A stretch of 64,000 nucleotides of DNA from Octopus bimaculoides (GCF_001194135.2 NC_068995.1:53684644-53748643), one strand, 5' to 3'; shown: positions 28,066 to 41,163, counted from the stretch's first letter. Numbers and translations are program-made. The notes: generated from the sequence alone by a model not told the origin.

Positions 28066-28227
28066 ATGGCATCAATGTTGATTACAGCCTATCTAATTTT
28101 GCTGCTGCTTTTGACTGTCACCGCCAACACAACTTGTGTTGGACAGCAGTGTGCTACTAGCAAGCAGATTAATGAAAAGAATGAATTTACTAGGTTTCCA
28201 CTATTGATTTCTGTTGAGCAAGGTTAA
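28066..28227 (+). CDS. Candidate signal-peptide-encoding exon / small secreted-protein ORF
   Basis: atcATGG start. Translation: MASMLITAYLILLLLLTVTA|NTTCVGQQCATSKQINEKNEFTRFPLLISVEQG*. An in-frame upstream ATG lies at 28051 and a possible phase-1 donor CAAG|gttaaa at 28223. No homolog recognised. Confidence 0.3.
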   Translation: MASMLITAYLILLLLLTVTANTTCVGQQCATSKQINEKNEFTRFPLLISVEQG

Positions 28228-28559
28228 AGTTTATGCTAGCATTTCAAGCAGTTAAGTGAAATGTATAGTGATAGATAGTAGGAAATACTAATTGCTTTTA
28301 TTATCATCCTTCATCTGTCCATACGCTAGACGAGTAGGTTTAGTGTCTTCGCAAAAGTTAATTTGGAAACAGACTTCTAAGCGAACAAATAGATTAAGAT
28401 ATAAGTTCGCTCACGCGGGCTCAAATAATGTCGTGGATTGGCTTTCGATACTCACTTGAAACTGTTTCACTTCCTTCATGTTCTTTGATAACCTTCCTAA
28501 AGATATAGAAGGTCATTAGCTTCGAGTAAGAACAAATAAAACAAAATAAAAACCAGCTA

Positions 28560-29520
28560 AGGAGGAAGTTGTCCTCTGTTAGTAATGCCAGTTCACTAGG
28601 TTAGTTACTGTTATTGCTTGATGCCGTCTACTTCTTTGCCTATGCAGATTGAATCCCAGTTCTCTTTCCTTGCCCTCATACGTTCTACGCATTACATAGT
28701 CCAGAACGATGGCAAAGAGATAAGTTGCCGGCGTGTCGTCTTGTAATACTCCAGCTTTCACTTTAAATTATTCCGTCTCTGCATCAGGAGTGATCACTTT
28801 CGCTTACCTATTGCTCTCAGAATTCTTGGTGGAATATCATATACTTTAAGTATCTTTTACCACCATTCCTCTATGTACTGAATGAAAAACCTTTTTCAAG
28901 TCTACATAGATAATGATAGCCTTCCTTTTACGGCTCTTAACTCCTCCTATCAGTCTTCTAAGTGCGACAGAGTGAGATGTTGTTGACTGTCCCGATCTGA
29001 GTCCATTTGGATTTGGTTGCAATTGTTTGTCTATCTTAGGTTGTACTTGGTTAAGTATCATCTTGCTGACCATTTTTGTAACAATGAATGACAGACTGAT
29101 CCCTCTCTAATTCCTAGTATCACTTAAGCCTCCAGTTTTGGGCAGTGGTAGCAAGTCTATCTCAGACCAGTGTTCTGGCTTCATATTGCCATTTAGTAGT
29201 TTATTTGCAAATTCAAAGAATGATGTCGTCTAAATCACATCTTTTTAGTACTCCTGGTGGGATGTTGTTAGGACCAGTTTGTTTTCCTTCTTTCATTTTA
29301 CTTTCTTTTTCTTAGCTCTTTCTATTTCTTGCTTTGTGAAGTCTCCATCCTCGATTTGCAAACCGTCGAGGATCTTTGCTAATTCTTCATTTCCTGTTTC
29401 ACTGTCAACTTCTGGATCCTTCCCAAGTAAGTTGTAGAAACAAGTGTACCACTTCTTGATTCTCTCGTTGCTTCTTACAATCTTTTCAATAGTCGCTGAA
29501 TCTGTCCGATATCGGAGCTA
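28560..29520 (-). mobile_element. Non-LTR retrotransposon (RTE-like LINE) reverse-transcriptase fragment, truncated at both ends and pseudogenised
   Basis: - strand: KWYTCFYNLLG...GPNNIPPGVLK...HWSEIDLLPLPKTGGLSDTRN*RGISL...QPNPNGLRSGQSTTSHSVALRRLIGGVKSRKRKAIIIYVDLKKVFHSVHR...GVLQDDTPATYLFAIVLDYVMRR. These correspond to RT motifs YRGISL, QNGFR, DFKKAFDS and GVLQGD. Confidence 0.93.
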
Positions 29521-29628
29521 CGTTCTTCTCGTTTGTTTGTGGGTTTGTGTGTGCGTCAGTGTGCATGTGCATACACAAATATGAATTATGTATGCATGTA
29601 TGTATATATACATGTATGTATGTGTGTG

Positions 29629-29662
<34 letters not shown>

Positions 29663-29758
29663 TGTGTGTACGTTTGTATATATGTTTTCTGCATATTCAT
29701 GTATTTTATTTTGTGTGTGTGTGTTCANNNNNNNNNNATACATGTATGTATGTGTGTG

Positions 29759-29792
<34 letters not shown>

Positions 29793-30440
29793 TGTGTGTA
29801 CGTTTGTATATATGTTTTCTGCATATTCATGTATTTTATTTTGTGTGTGTGTGTTCACGTTTGAGTGTTTGTGTGTGATATATATATATATATGTATCAA
29901 CAGGACAGTCCTCTATGGAACGCTTTAGACGACAGAGCAGCTCAATGGAGGCTGAACTCGGGCTAAACTACAACACTTGTCTACTCCCTTTGATTTAGTT
30001 CTGAATACATTTTATGTCAGCTCTGCTTGAACACACGTATAATTTCGCACATAGAAAATCTGACGTTTAATAGCAACTCAATATTGTAGTTGAGTCTCTG
30101 TAGATACGTAATTCTGCATAATACGTTCGTGCATTTCAAGCGATACAGCAATAGTTACATTAGGTTATGTAATAAAGTGTTAATGTTATTGCTTTCAGTG
30201 CAATAACTTTAGTGTTGTTGTGTAATTATCATTAATTTTGACCCTTTACTTTAGATTCTAATTGCAGTAGACGTTGTATTTCATCTGCGCTATATACTGG
30301 AATAAGCTTATTGGAGTATACTCTTCCCTATTGATGCGATGTCCTTCTTTGAGCTACACAGCCATGGAGAAACTGCAATGCTGCTTTCGAATTACGCGTA
30401 GGCTTGATTTCAATATTTATTGTTTCCAGAGTCGATAAAA

Positions 30441-30467
30441 TATTGGTTTGGTGCATAATTATTGCGG
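30441..30467 (+). mobile_element. Solo mariner-MITE TIR
   Basis: tattggtttggtgcataattattgcgg matches the TIR of the MITE at 52715. No partner TIR seen nearby. Confidence 0.6.
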
Positions 30468-30593
30468 ATTCCTCACTCATATTATTATCGAACCGAGAGC
30501 TTAATTACAGTCTTTGCATAGCACTTACATAGCGTTATCTGCCACCTTGGGTCTTCTGGATACCATTATCTCTCGTATGTATGTATGAATGTA

Positions 30594-30635
<42 letters not shown>

Positions 30636-31562
30636 GAAAGAGAGAGTTATATATGTATATACATATATATGTGTAAATAGATACCCATTGACACATACAC
30701 ACGCACCCCCTACACACACAAAGACACACATATTCATATCCATATATTATCTCTCAAAAATATAGCATGAGTCATTCTCAAATAAATATCTAAAAGAAAC
30801 AAATAAGTTTGAAATGTAATAACTATATAAAAATAAATATGAATTTATGCTGACGAACTAGAAAAGCATTTCGCACTGGATATTATTCTTAAGGTATTTA
30901 TAATATGTTATTTCCAACTAGGATTTAATCCAAATCTGTAATTTTCTGCCTTCTGCCTACGACCAAAAAGGAATAAATTAGAAATTCAGAAAATTTCAAT
31001 TTACTATTTTTGTTATCATCTGCTAAGAGTTTCCTTTTACGAGTGCATATCCATTTTTTATCGCAATTCGAAATATTTTTTTTTCCTCTTATAACAGGCT
31101 GGTGAATTTTCTGCGTGAAAATGCTTGACTTTGCGTATAAGTGTGCGCGCGAGATATTGAGTGTATTACAGGGAAGGATAGATACATTGGCTCGAAGTTG
31201 CTGACAAATTTGTTAGCAAAAGAAAAATAGAATGTGGTATTTATTTCTCGCGCGTTGCTCTGACGCACTCTAGGGTTTCTCCCTTTCAGAAATACAGTGA
31301 ATAGGTGATTAACCCGTTCAAAAGTTATAACGAACGACGCTATTGTTCACAAATACATGTGATACAGATATGCTCGTCAGAGGCTCATTAAGCGCTCGTG
31401 AAGTTAATTATTTTGAGGCTTCTCATCATTATGAAGAGACTTGCTTTACACAATAGCAGCTTTTCAGATAAAATTCAATATATTACTAGACCTAATCCTG
31501 GAGGGTGTAAGATAAAGCCAAAGAATACTCTGCAATATAATCAGGCTTTTCATTTAGATATT

Positions 31563-31776
31563 AAGGTGGTGAGCTGGTAGAATTCTTAGCACGCCGGGCA
31601 AAATGCTTAATGATATTTCAACCGTCTCTACGCTCTAAATTCAAATTCCGACGCGGTCAACTTTGCCTTCCATGCTTTCGTGATCGATGAAATAAGTACA
31701 AGTCGAGCACATGGGTTGATGTAATCGATTTAACCCCTGCTCGAAAATGCTAGCCCCGTACGAAAATTTGAAACCA
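31563..31776 (+). mobile_element. tRNA-derived SINE family B, full length
   Basis: aaggtggtgagctggtagaattcttagcacgccgggcaaaatgc...ttcaaattccgacgcggtcaactttgccttccatgctttcg...gaaaatttgaaacc. Confidence 0.88.
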
Positions 31777-32433
31777 AATGGATTATGAGAACATATTTTG
31801 CCAGCAATTCTTTAGCCATGTATCCGTCCTTTTCTATTTAACCAGCTGCACAAGATTAACTCTCCACTCCCTTACGCAGGTCTTGAGCGAATCAGAATAG
31901 CTTTTGGCTGACTCACGGTTATTCTTAATCCTCCAGCCAGGAAGGAACGCAGTAGTCATGATCCTTTACAGATAACCTAGATGGAATGAAGGATAATGGA
32001 AGGAAAGATAACGGAAGGAAAGAAGTCATCGTTATTCGGGAGTCTTAACATGCAAATGGAGAGGAATCCGCTAAAGTTATCTCAGGTGGCAATCAAGAAG
32101 TGTTCTTTAATAGAGGGACGGATTAAATCTACCATTCTGGTAGGCCATGGAGGTATTTGAATTCAGAACGCTATCACCTGAAACGAACTCTGCAGGGCAT
32201 CCGATCTAACGTGTTTAAATTTCCTATAATCCACCGCTTGAAATTGGTATTGTTTATCGATCTCGAAAGGAAGAAAGGCAGAGTAGGCCTCAGTAGTATT
32301 AGAAATCAGATCACAGAGATTTTCGATTAAATCCATTCGACGCTCTACAAATTCCATCAGCCATCACTCTAAGACTTCTTGCTTTCAGTAATATGTTTTA
32401 AGTATTGTGACATTGTCCCTTTGAACCTGTCAC

Positions 32434-32504
<71 letters not shown>

Positions 32505-33159
32505 CCTATCTATCTATCTGTTCACATTCATACATATAAATACACATACATAATCATGTGCATATACATATGCATAGATGTATGTATATAAATATACGCA
32601 CATATATATATAGTTATTTATGCATACATAAACACACATACATATAACATACATACGTACATACGTATACACGTAAATACGAACATACGTACATACATAT
32701 ATACACATATATNNNNNNNNNNNNNNNNNNNNNNNNNNNNNNNNNNNNNNNNNNNNNNNNNNNNNNNNNNNNNNNNNNNNNNNNNNNNNNNNNNNNNNNN
32801 NNNNNNNNNNNNNNNNNNNNNNNNNNNNNNNNNNNNNNNNNNNNNNNNNNNNNNNNNNNNNNNNNNNNNNNNNNNNNNNNNNNNNNNNNNNNNNNNNNNN
32901 NNNNNNNNNNNNNNNNNNNNNNNNNNNNNNNNNNNNNNNNNNNNNNNNNNNNNNNNNNNNNNNNNNNNNNNNNNNNNNNNNNNNNNNNNNNNNNNNNNNN
33001 NNNNNNNNNNNNNNNNNNNNNNNNNNNNNNNNNNNNNNNNNNNNNNNNNNNNNNNNNNNNNNNNNNNNNNNNNNNNNNNNNNNNNNNNNNNNNNNNNNNN
33101 NNNNNNNNNNNNNNNNNNNNNNNNNNNNNNNNNNNNNNNNNNNNNNNNNNNNNNNNNTA

Positions 33160-33190
<31 letters not shown>

Positions 33191-33622
33191 ATATATATAT
33201 ATACATATATATATGTATGTATGTATGTATATATTTCAATAGCTAAACCAATAAAAGTAAAATCCAAATTGCGAAGTCCCTGCAGGTAGGTGTCTAAATA
33301 TTTACTTTGTAGTTTTCTTCCCTCCTGAACAGTTTTCGACTCACCGACGACTGTTGCTATCGATTATCCTTGGGCGGGTAATCGGACGTTTTGTTACTGT
33401 CGTTTGAACTTTGCCACGACTTCCTAAATACTGACATACTATACCTATGCGCACACACACACAGACACTCATACACACACAATATAATATATAGATGCAT
33501 ATATATATATGTATATAGAAATGTATATATAAATACACATATATACATATAAATGTATGCATTCATATATACATATATGTGTGTATATGTTTATGTATAT
33601 ATATATATGCACAAATATACAT

Positions 33623-33654
<32 letters not shown>

Positions 33655-33758
33655 GTGTATTTGTATTTGTATATATATATATGTGTATATATGTATNNNN
33701 NNNNNNGCAATAAGCATCGTTTAAACTTTTATTAGGAGAGGCCAACTAAAATGTCAAC

Positions 33759-33856
<98 letters not shown>
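33759..33856. repeat. (TTA)n microsatellite
   Basis: Direct inspection. Confidence 0.97.
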
Positions 33857-33857
<1 letters not shown>

Positions 33858-34203
33858 ATTTTCATAAGAAGCTACAATTATTATGATTTTCTTGCTATTA
33901 CTTTTTCATACGAACTTAATTATCTATATTGAATGTCTGGGGTTTAAAGAAATAGAGTCATATAGTTAAATAAGTCAGTTCCACTAATATTCAAAGCTAA
34001 TTTGATATAATGTTGATATTTTGTTCAGACATCTACGACATATCTGAAATGTACGGTGTCTGGATGTTTGAAAAGATTTATTACGGAATTATGTATTTAT
34101 GACCTATGTTCTCAAAGAGGATGAAGATCATAAATCCTTTTTTGGTGTATTAACTTAAATCACGCTCTTTTTCGTGTAATCATTTTCCGCTACTTCTATG
34201 TAA

Positions 34204-34254
<51 letters not shown>

Positions 34255-34609
34255 GATTTCCCTCGATGGGAGACTCTCAGAGCTCCCTCCTACTATCGAG
34301 GTTTATTCAGCGTAAATTTCGAAGGAAAGCAGATTTTTCTCTGAACTTCTCGAGTTATTTCTTCTCTTTAGAATTTTTTAGAAAAATATGGAGCAGAATT
34401 ATTCCTATTCAATGTGTTGGGGAATCTCTTCTTCCGAGTCTCAGACTGGTGTTTTGTTCGCCAGACGGAGAAATATATCTGCAAATCGTTTTCGACTACA
34501 AAAAATATGCATAGTGCAAAGACTTGACTCAATTATTTCTTCATTGACTTAAATTGGTAAATATATAAATAGGGATTTGTTATACACAATTCCAAGAATC
34601 ATTTCATAA

Positions 34610-34830
34610 TACTCGTTTCAAATTTTGGTACAAGGCCAACCGTTTTGTGGGGAAGTGGCCAAGTCAATTATATCGACCCTAGTATATGACTAGTACATAT
34701 TTTCTCAACCCCGAAAGGATGAAGAACAAGGTCAATCTGAATGACATTTGAATCGAGAACGTAGAGAGCCGGAAGAAATGCCACTAAACATTTTTTCCGG
34801 CGCGCTAACGATCCTGTCAGCTCACCGTTC
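34610..34830 (-). mobile_element. SINE family B, full length
   Basis: ttttggtacaaggcc...ccccgaaaggatgaag...gctaacgatcctgtcagctcaccg is the reverse complement of the 31563 copy. Confidence 0.88.
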
Positions 34831-35678
34831 TAAGCTATTTCATAATAATATGACAGAAATATATTGTAATTGATGGAAAAGCTCATATGCATTTTCTAAC
34901 AGTGGTGGTGTAAAGTATACACGTTTGTATCTCTGATAAGTCATCTCTTACACATTGATGATTGTGATATTCTCGCATACAATTAAAAAGATTATCTAAA
35001 CTTGGTGAACAAAATTTAATTGGCAAATAATATGTTAATCTTCAAAATATTAGTACTGTTCATATTACTTTTTATCAGACCTGTCATAGGAAACATCGTA
35101 CTGATCTTCGAATGACGTTGTATACTAATATCTTTGTAAATCATATCATGCTACAAATATTTTGGCAGTATTTCTATCAAAGGTGTAAATCATGAAGACA
35201 AAGGTGCTTACAGAATTCAGAAGTCAAGAAAATATTTTGGAATATTACAATCTTCACTATTGTCTCTAATACTACAAAATGACACATATATCTACATACA
35301 AATGATACCTTTTGTCAGTTTCGTTGTTTGAAATGTTGGTAGTTGTCTCCATTCCGAATCGGAATACCCATCCAAAGTGGACGCGCGTGAGAATACTGTC
35401 ATGTGCTGCGCTTGAACAATCGGCCATTCTACTCCCCATGCTACCGGATGAACCAACGGCCTGTCATGAGGTACAAACGTGGGAAGCGTTATCAAACTAG
35501 CTCATACATCGAACGGGACAACACTCGGAATAGAGGCACGCGCAGTATAGGTGATGTGAGACCCCACCTCTCTGAGGATATCCACTGAATGAAAATCATA
35601 AATAAAAGCGCACAATCACGTCGGTGTTCCAGTATCACTGCAGTCACATGACTGGAACAAATAAAACAAAGAATATAT

Positions 35679-35745
<67 letters not shown>

Positions 35746-35903
35746 ATGTATTTTTTCAATATTTACCAATAACAAGGAAAAAATAAATAAATAAATAGTT
35801 ACCAGGGTGGCAAAACTTCGTCTAAGTACCAAGCATGTAACAGCCTACTTATAAAGGTAGAAACTCCAGGTTTTGGGGAAATGTTTTTATGTGACATGGC
35901 TAA

Positions 35904-36186
35904 ATAAATGAAGTTAAACGCATGTGTTATTCAAATTATTATACTTCCGATATATGTTTCGAAGAAAACATCGGTATTATTCAAGATGGGATAAAATGCA
36001 TCAATAAGTATCTCAGTATCCATCCCGTAATCTCATTGATGCGTTTTGTTTCTCTTTCTTTTCCTGATGAGAAGATTGCATTGTTTTACATCATTTTATT
36101 CCATCTGGAATAATACCAATCTTTTATGCGAAACATATATCGGAAGTATATAGATTTGAATAACACCTCCGTTTAACTCCATTTAT
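35904..36186. repeat. Foldback / long inverted-repeat element (95-bp arms, 93-bp spacer)
   Basis: 35904-35998 (ataaatgaagttaaacg...tacttccgatatatgtttcg...gataaaatg) is the reverse complement of 36092-36186 at roughly 85% identity. Confidence 0.92.
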
Positions 36187-36199
36187 CAGTTTATCTATG

Positions 36200-36264
<65 letters not shown>

Positions 36265-38197
36265 TAGAGAGAGTTGCATACTTCGCACATATGACTACGT
36301 GAGTGCTTGCGTGCTTTAGAATCTATGTCGAAACATGATTAAATATAAAGAAAATATGTAAATGAATGTAACTAAAATGTTCCGTTTTATAAAGTTGTTA
36401 ATGTTTTAGTGAAATCAATTTGTTTCCTCGATGTCAAATTAATATTTACAGTTATTTATTGGCATTTAAAAGGCGTCGTAGATTTTCTGGCGGTCTATTT
36501 TATATTTTTGTTGAAGATTGCATCATTAAAATGATGAACCAATTTTTAACGCAATTCTGTAACCAATTTTACGCTTTTATGACATCTAATGGGCCCTCGC
36601 AAGAAGGAAAGAAAAGAACCGTGTTTAAATTAATATACATATATACATACATACATACTTATATATACACTCACACATACTACTATTTAACTATGGTGTA
36701 TACATTAGTACACAGATGGATACTTATGAAGACATACAAAAATAAGTATTCATATATGTATATATATATATATATGTATATATATACATCATACATATAT
36801 ATATAGGGAGAGAGAGAGAGAGAGTGAGATTAATAAAGAAATAGATATATAGATAACTATATCTATCGATCTATCGGTATGTAGATATAAGTGTTGTCTG
36901 TGCGCGTGTATGTGTGTNNNNNNNNNNNNNNNNNNNNNNNNNNNNNNNNNNNNNNNNNNNNNNNNNNNNNNNNNNNNNNNNNNNNNNNNNNNNNNNNNNN
37001 NNNNNNNNNNNNNNNNNNNNNNNNNNNNNNNNNNNNNNNNNNNNNNNNNNNNNNNNNNNNNNNNNNNNNNNNNNNNNNNNNNNNNNNNNNNNNNNNNNNN
37101 NNNNNNNNNNNNNNNNNNNNNNNNNNNNNNNNNNNNNNNNNNNNNNNNNNNNNNNNNNNNNNNNNNNNNNNNNNNNNNNNNNNNNNNNNNNNNNNNNNNN
37201 NNNNNNNNNNNNNNNNNNNNNNNNNNNNNNNNNNNNNNNNNNNNNNNNNNNNNNNNNNNNNNNNNNNNNNNNNNNNNNNNNNNNNNNNNNNNNNNNNNNN
37301 NNNNNNNNNNNNNNNNNNNNNNNNNNNNNNNNNNNNNNNNNNGTGTGTGTGTGTGTGTGTGTGTGAATTACATATAAATGCATACTTGTATACATATAAA
37401 TCGACGAAAATGTAAGAGTCGCAAAAGGAAAATATATTGCGACTGACAGGTATGAGAACAATAAGAATTTGCATGCTTGACAGTTCGGTTTTTTTATTCT
37501 CAAAGTGTAAGGTTGACCTGTCACTACTACTGTTGAATTATTAACACGTAAACGATCTAAAACAAAGGTATATTACTCCATCTAAATCTTCCATAAATGA
37601 ATTCTCCGTCGATTTTCCATGTGTGTCAATGTTCGTCATATCATCCCCCCTTATGTTTATGCTTTATATGTATTACAGTTTGCCATTATAAAAGAAAGAA
37701 TATTTCTTGAACTTTTTCCCCCGTTATTTCGTGTTCCTGCTGTCCATTATGATTGCCTTAACATGTGTAATTTCTCTACGGAATAGTTTAATTTCCTGTC
37801 AGAATTCGGGATAGGAAATTTGGGTATTTATTGAAATATGTTTAATTTATTATTGAATTTCCTATATATATATATATATGTATATATATCGTGCCATCAT
37901 ATTCATTAAAACTTTCATAAGTATGCAGCTAGGTTTTAATTCGCTATCACATTTAGTTTCGAGATACATGTTATTTTCTTTGTTTCTTATTATCTCGGTT
38001 AAAAGGATAAGTCCAATTGGTTGGTGGTCGCCATCATTTTGAGAATATTTTATTGAAATGTGTTAGTAATAATAAAATATACTGCTACTGCTCTTAATAT
38101 CAACTTCCCGTGCTGATTATATAGTATGTATATGTCATCATTCAGCTATATTTCAAGATTTTTGCTAACAGAGAAAGAACCGGTTTCTAACCTAGAT

Positions 38198-38406
38198 CTT
38201 TGGCAAGTGTCTTCTTCTATAGCCACGGGCCTACCAAAGCCTTGTGTGGGGATTTGGTAGACGGAAACTAAAAGAAGCCCGTCGTATATATGTATATATA
38301 TATATATATATATATGTATATGTGTGTATATGTTTGTGTGTCTGTGTTTGTCCCCCAACATCGCCTCACAACCGATGGTGGTGTGTTTACGTCCCGTAAC
38401 TTAGCG
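38198..38406 (+). mobile_element. SINE family A, central part with expanded internal (TA)n
   Basis: ctttggcaagtgtcttcttctatagcc...ggatttggtagacggaaactaaaagaagcccgtcg...gtttacgtcccgtaacttagcg. Confidence 0.9.
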
Positions 38407-39439
38407 TTTTATTACTCCCCCTGCCACCATCAACACTGCTACTTTAAAAAAAAATATCATCAACTCTCCCTAAATTTCTTTGTCTCCCTTTCTCTCCCTG
38501 TCTTTTTCTTTCTTTCCCCCTCTTTCTCTCTCTGTCTTCACCACCGACCTCACCGTCAATATGCCTACTATTACTCCCACCCAATCATAAGAGATGGTAG
38601 GAGAGTCATTGAATGGTGAGAGAGGGATTCTAAGTGTGACACACTGACTCACAAAAATTAGTTCTCGAATTTATCACATATATATATATATATATATACT
38701 TTTGCGTATACACTTTTTCACGTCATCAATGTTATGTTAACATTAGGAACTTATCTAAACAGAATTATGCTAAAATCTACATTGTATATTAAAATATTCA
38801 TATTATTGCTAGTCGTCCGGTTACCTAAAAGTAAAAAAAAAAACAAACAAACAAATGTTTATCTCTATTTTGAAATTCAATTTTGAAAATTAATATAATT
38901 GTTTTCCATTTGCCCTCTGTCTGTAACTTGCATATTTGCAAATGGTCTTAAATTTATGGCTTTCAATACGTTTTCTATGATTACTATTTGAACAAAATAT
39001 TTAAGATACTCGATGTATTTGTGTTCAGATGATTCCAGATCTCCTGTATTGTGTTTCTTACCATTCTTTCCATTACCATAAACCTCTTCATGATACTGGA
39101 ATGACGTTCGTTATGGCCGTAGACTGGTTTCCGAAGCGCAAACTTGGCACAGTAGGATAGGCTGTAATATATTAAGTGATTGGCAGTTCAAGAAAGTGAA
39201 GAGAAGTAATTTAGAACTTCAGCCACTTGTTATTATAAATAGATTTTGTTCAGTAGAATCCAGAGTGATTTCATGTCGAGTTGAAACAGCTTGAAAACAT
39301 TAATTAATCTTTTCATTACTAATTTTCGTGTATAACAAGCTGAGAAGACAAGAGTCAGAAGATCATATAAAGGTGCATAAATGTAATTTGTGATAGGAAT
39401 GGGAAAGACTTTTGGATTCGATTCAAGTATTAAATTGGT

Positions 39440-39633
39440 TCCAAATTTTGGCACAAGGCCAGAAATTCCGGGGGCTGGTGTAAGTCGATTACATCACTGT
39501 CAGTATTCAACTGGTACTTACTTTATCGATCCCGAAAAAATGAAAGGCAAAATCGACCTCGACAGAATTTGAACTCAGAACGTACAGACGGACAAAATGC
39601 CGTTTTTCTTTTTTTATCCGGCGCAGTAACGAT
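39440..39633 (-). mobile_element. SINE family B
   Basis: ttttggcacaaggcc...tttatcgatcccgaaaaaatgaaaggcaaaatcgacctcgacagaatttgaactcagaacg. Confidence 0.9.
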
Positions 39634-40629
39634 GAGGACAAATATTAATATAATAATAGAACTAAAGTTATTGTGGCTCTTGCCTAACTACATATCAGCT
39701 CTGATCAAGCTTATCTACAGCAAAAGGAGTTCCAGCAGTGACCATTCTAAGTTTTGTATATCTGTGACTATGTTATTCAACATGCCGTTTAAGTAAACAG
39801 AAAAGATATTTTGGATAATATAACCAGCAAAGATAGTAGAAATATATTTAGTTCCTATTTCTAACAGACTGAGTGGCCACGTGAGAACCGATCTCTACGT
39901 TTGCTCGAGATTTTTGTTGAGTTGTACCGCTGTTACATGAATTATTACGCAAACGTCTTCTTATCAATTAAGCAGCAACAGGCTACAGGAACAGCAATGT
40001 TGCATCATATTCACTTGATTTCAGGCAATTCAGGTTGAGATGACATTACATCTTTCCACGGATATCATTTTATTCTCTATACTTGGCCGACAGCATCTTT
40101 ATTTTGACACCTTAGGATTTGGAATATGTTATCCCGATACTCGAAAACACTAGGGTTTGTTTCCTTTTCTTTTGGAGAAATTTGACAGTTGTTTCAATCA
40201 GCAAAGCGATTGACTTTATTGTGGAAGTTCCTTAGCTGTCTTATTATTTGTAGATGTTTCTCGGAGCGAATTACAACACTATAGGATGAATATATTCAAG
40301 AAAATAAATATAAGACAGAAAAGACCTATCAGATAATGAAAAAGGCATCTTCTAGGAAATGAAATTTCGTAAGGTAATATTATTTGATGTCACTCAAAAT
40401 CTTTCTCCATTAGGTTTCATGAAATTCAATTATTTCTTCTATTCTTTCAGTGGAAATTGCGGTAATGGTTCCACTTAAACTTGGAACCTATTAACATTTC
40501 TCTCGAGATTCTAGACATTTTTTTTTGCATTCTCTGCAATTAATGATTCCTTGATACAAGCCTTCTACACTTGGAGTGTAATTTTTGAAAATATGTCACA
40601 ATTTTGGGCCTTCTGATATTTGCCTCAAC

Positions 40630-40648
40630 TATCATTATCATCATCATC

Positions 40649-40704
<56 letters not shown>

Positions 40705-41163
40705 TATTATTATTATTATTATTAATATTATTATTAATATTATTATTATTATTATTACTATAACTACTACCACTTCTGCTGCTGCTGCTGCCGCTGCTGC
40801 CGCTGCTGCTGCTGCTGTCCATGGTGTGGGTCACGGTGGTGGAGCTCTTGTGATGGTACTAATCATCATCATCATCATCATCATTGTCATAGTCTTCATT
40901 ATCTGGTCGATGATGTTCTTCACTCTTCTCCGTTTCTTTTCTCCAATCTTTTCTTCTTTTTAATCAAAATCACACTTAATGATAACGATGCTGATGATGA
41001 CAACGACGACGACGACGACGACGACGATGATGATGATGACGATGATGGCGATGACCCTCTTCCTCCTCCTCCTCATCATCATCATCACCATCATCGTCAT
41101 CATCATCATCATCACCACCACCATTCTCCGCTTTCATCAATAACGTTATAATAACAACAATAA

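Noticed and set aside
29609-29857. Apparent ~120-bp perfect tandem duplication
   Set aside because: The two copies flank a 10-N gap, typical of unmerged contig overlap, so this is treated as an assembly artefact.
30225-30385. Minus-strand open frame FESSIAVSPWLCSSKKDIASIGRVYSNKLIPVYSADEIQRLLQLESKVKGQN*
   Set aside because: No start codon, weak acceptor and no recognised family.
34260-34520. Possible very old mariner fragment on the - strand (EQNTS...KK*LEK)
   Set aside because: Similarity is too weak to support by eye.
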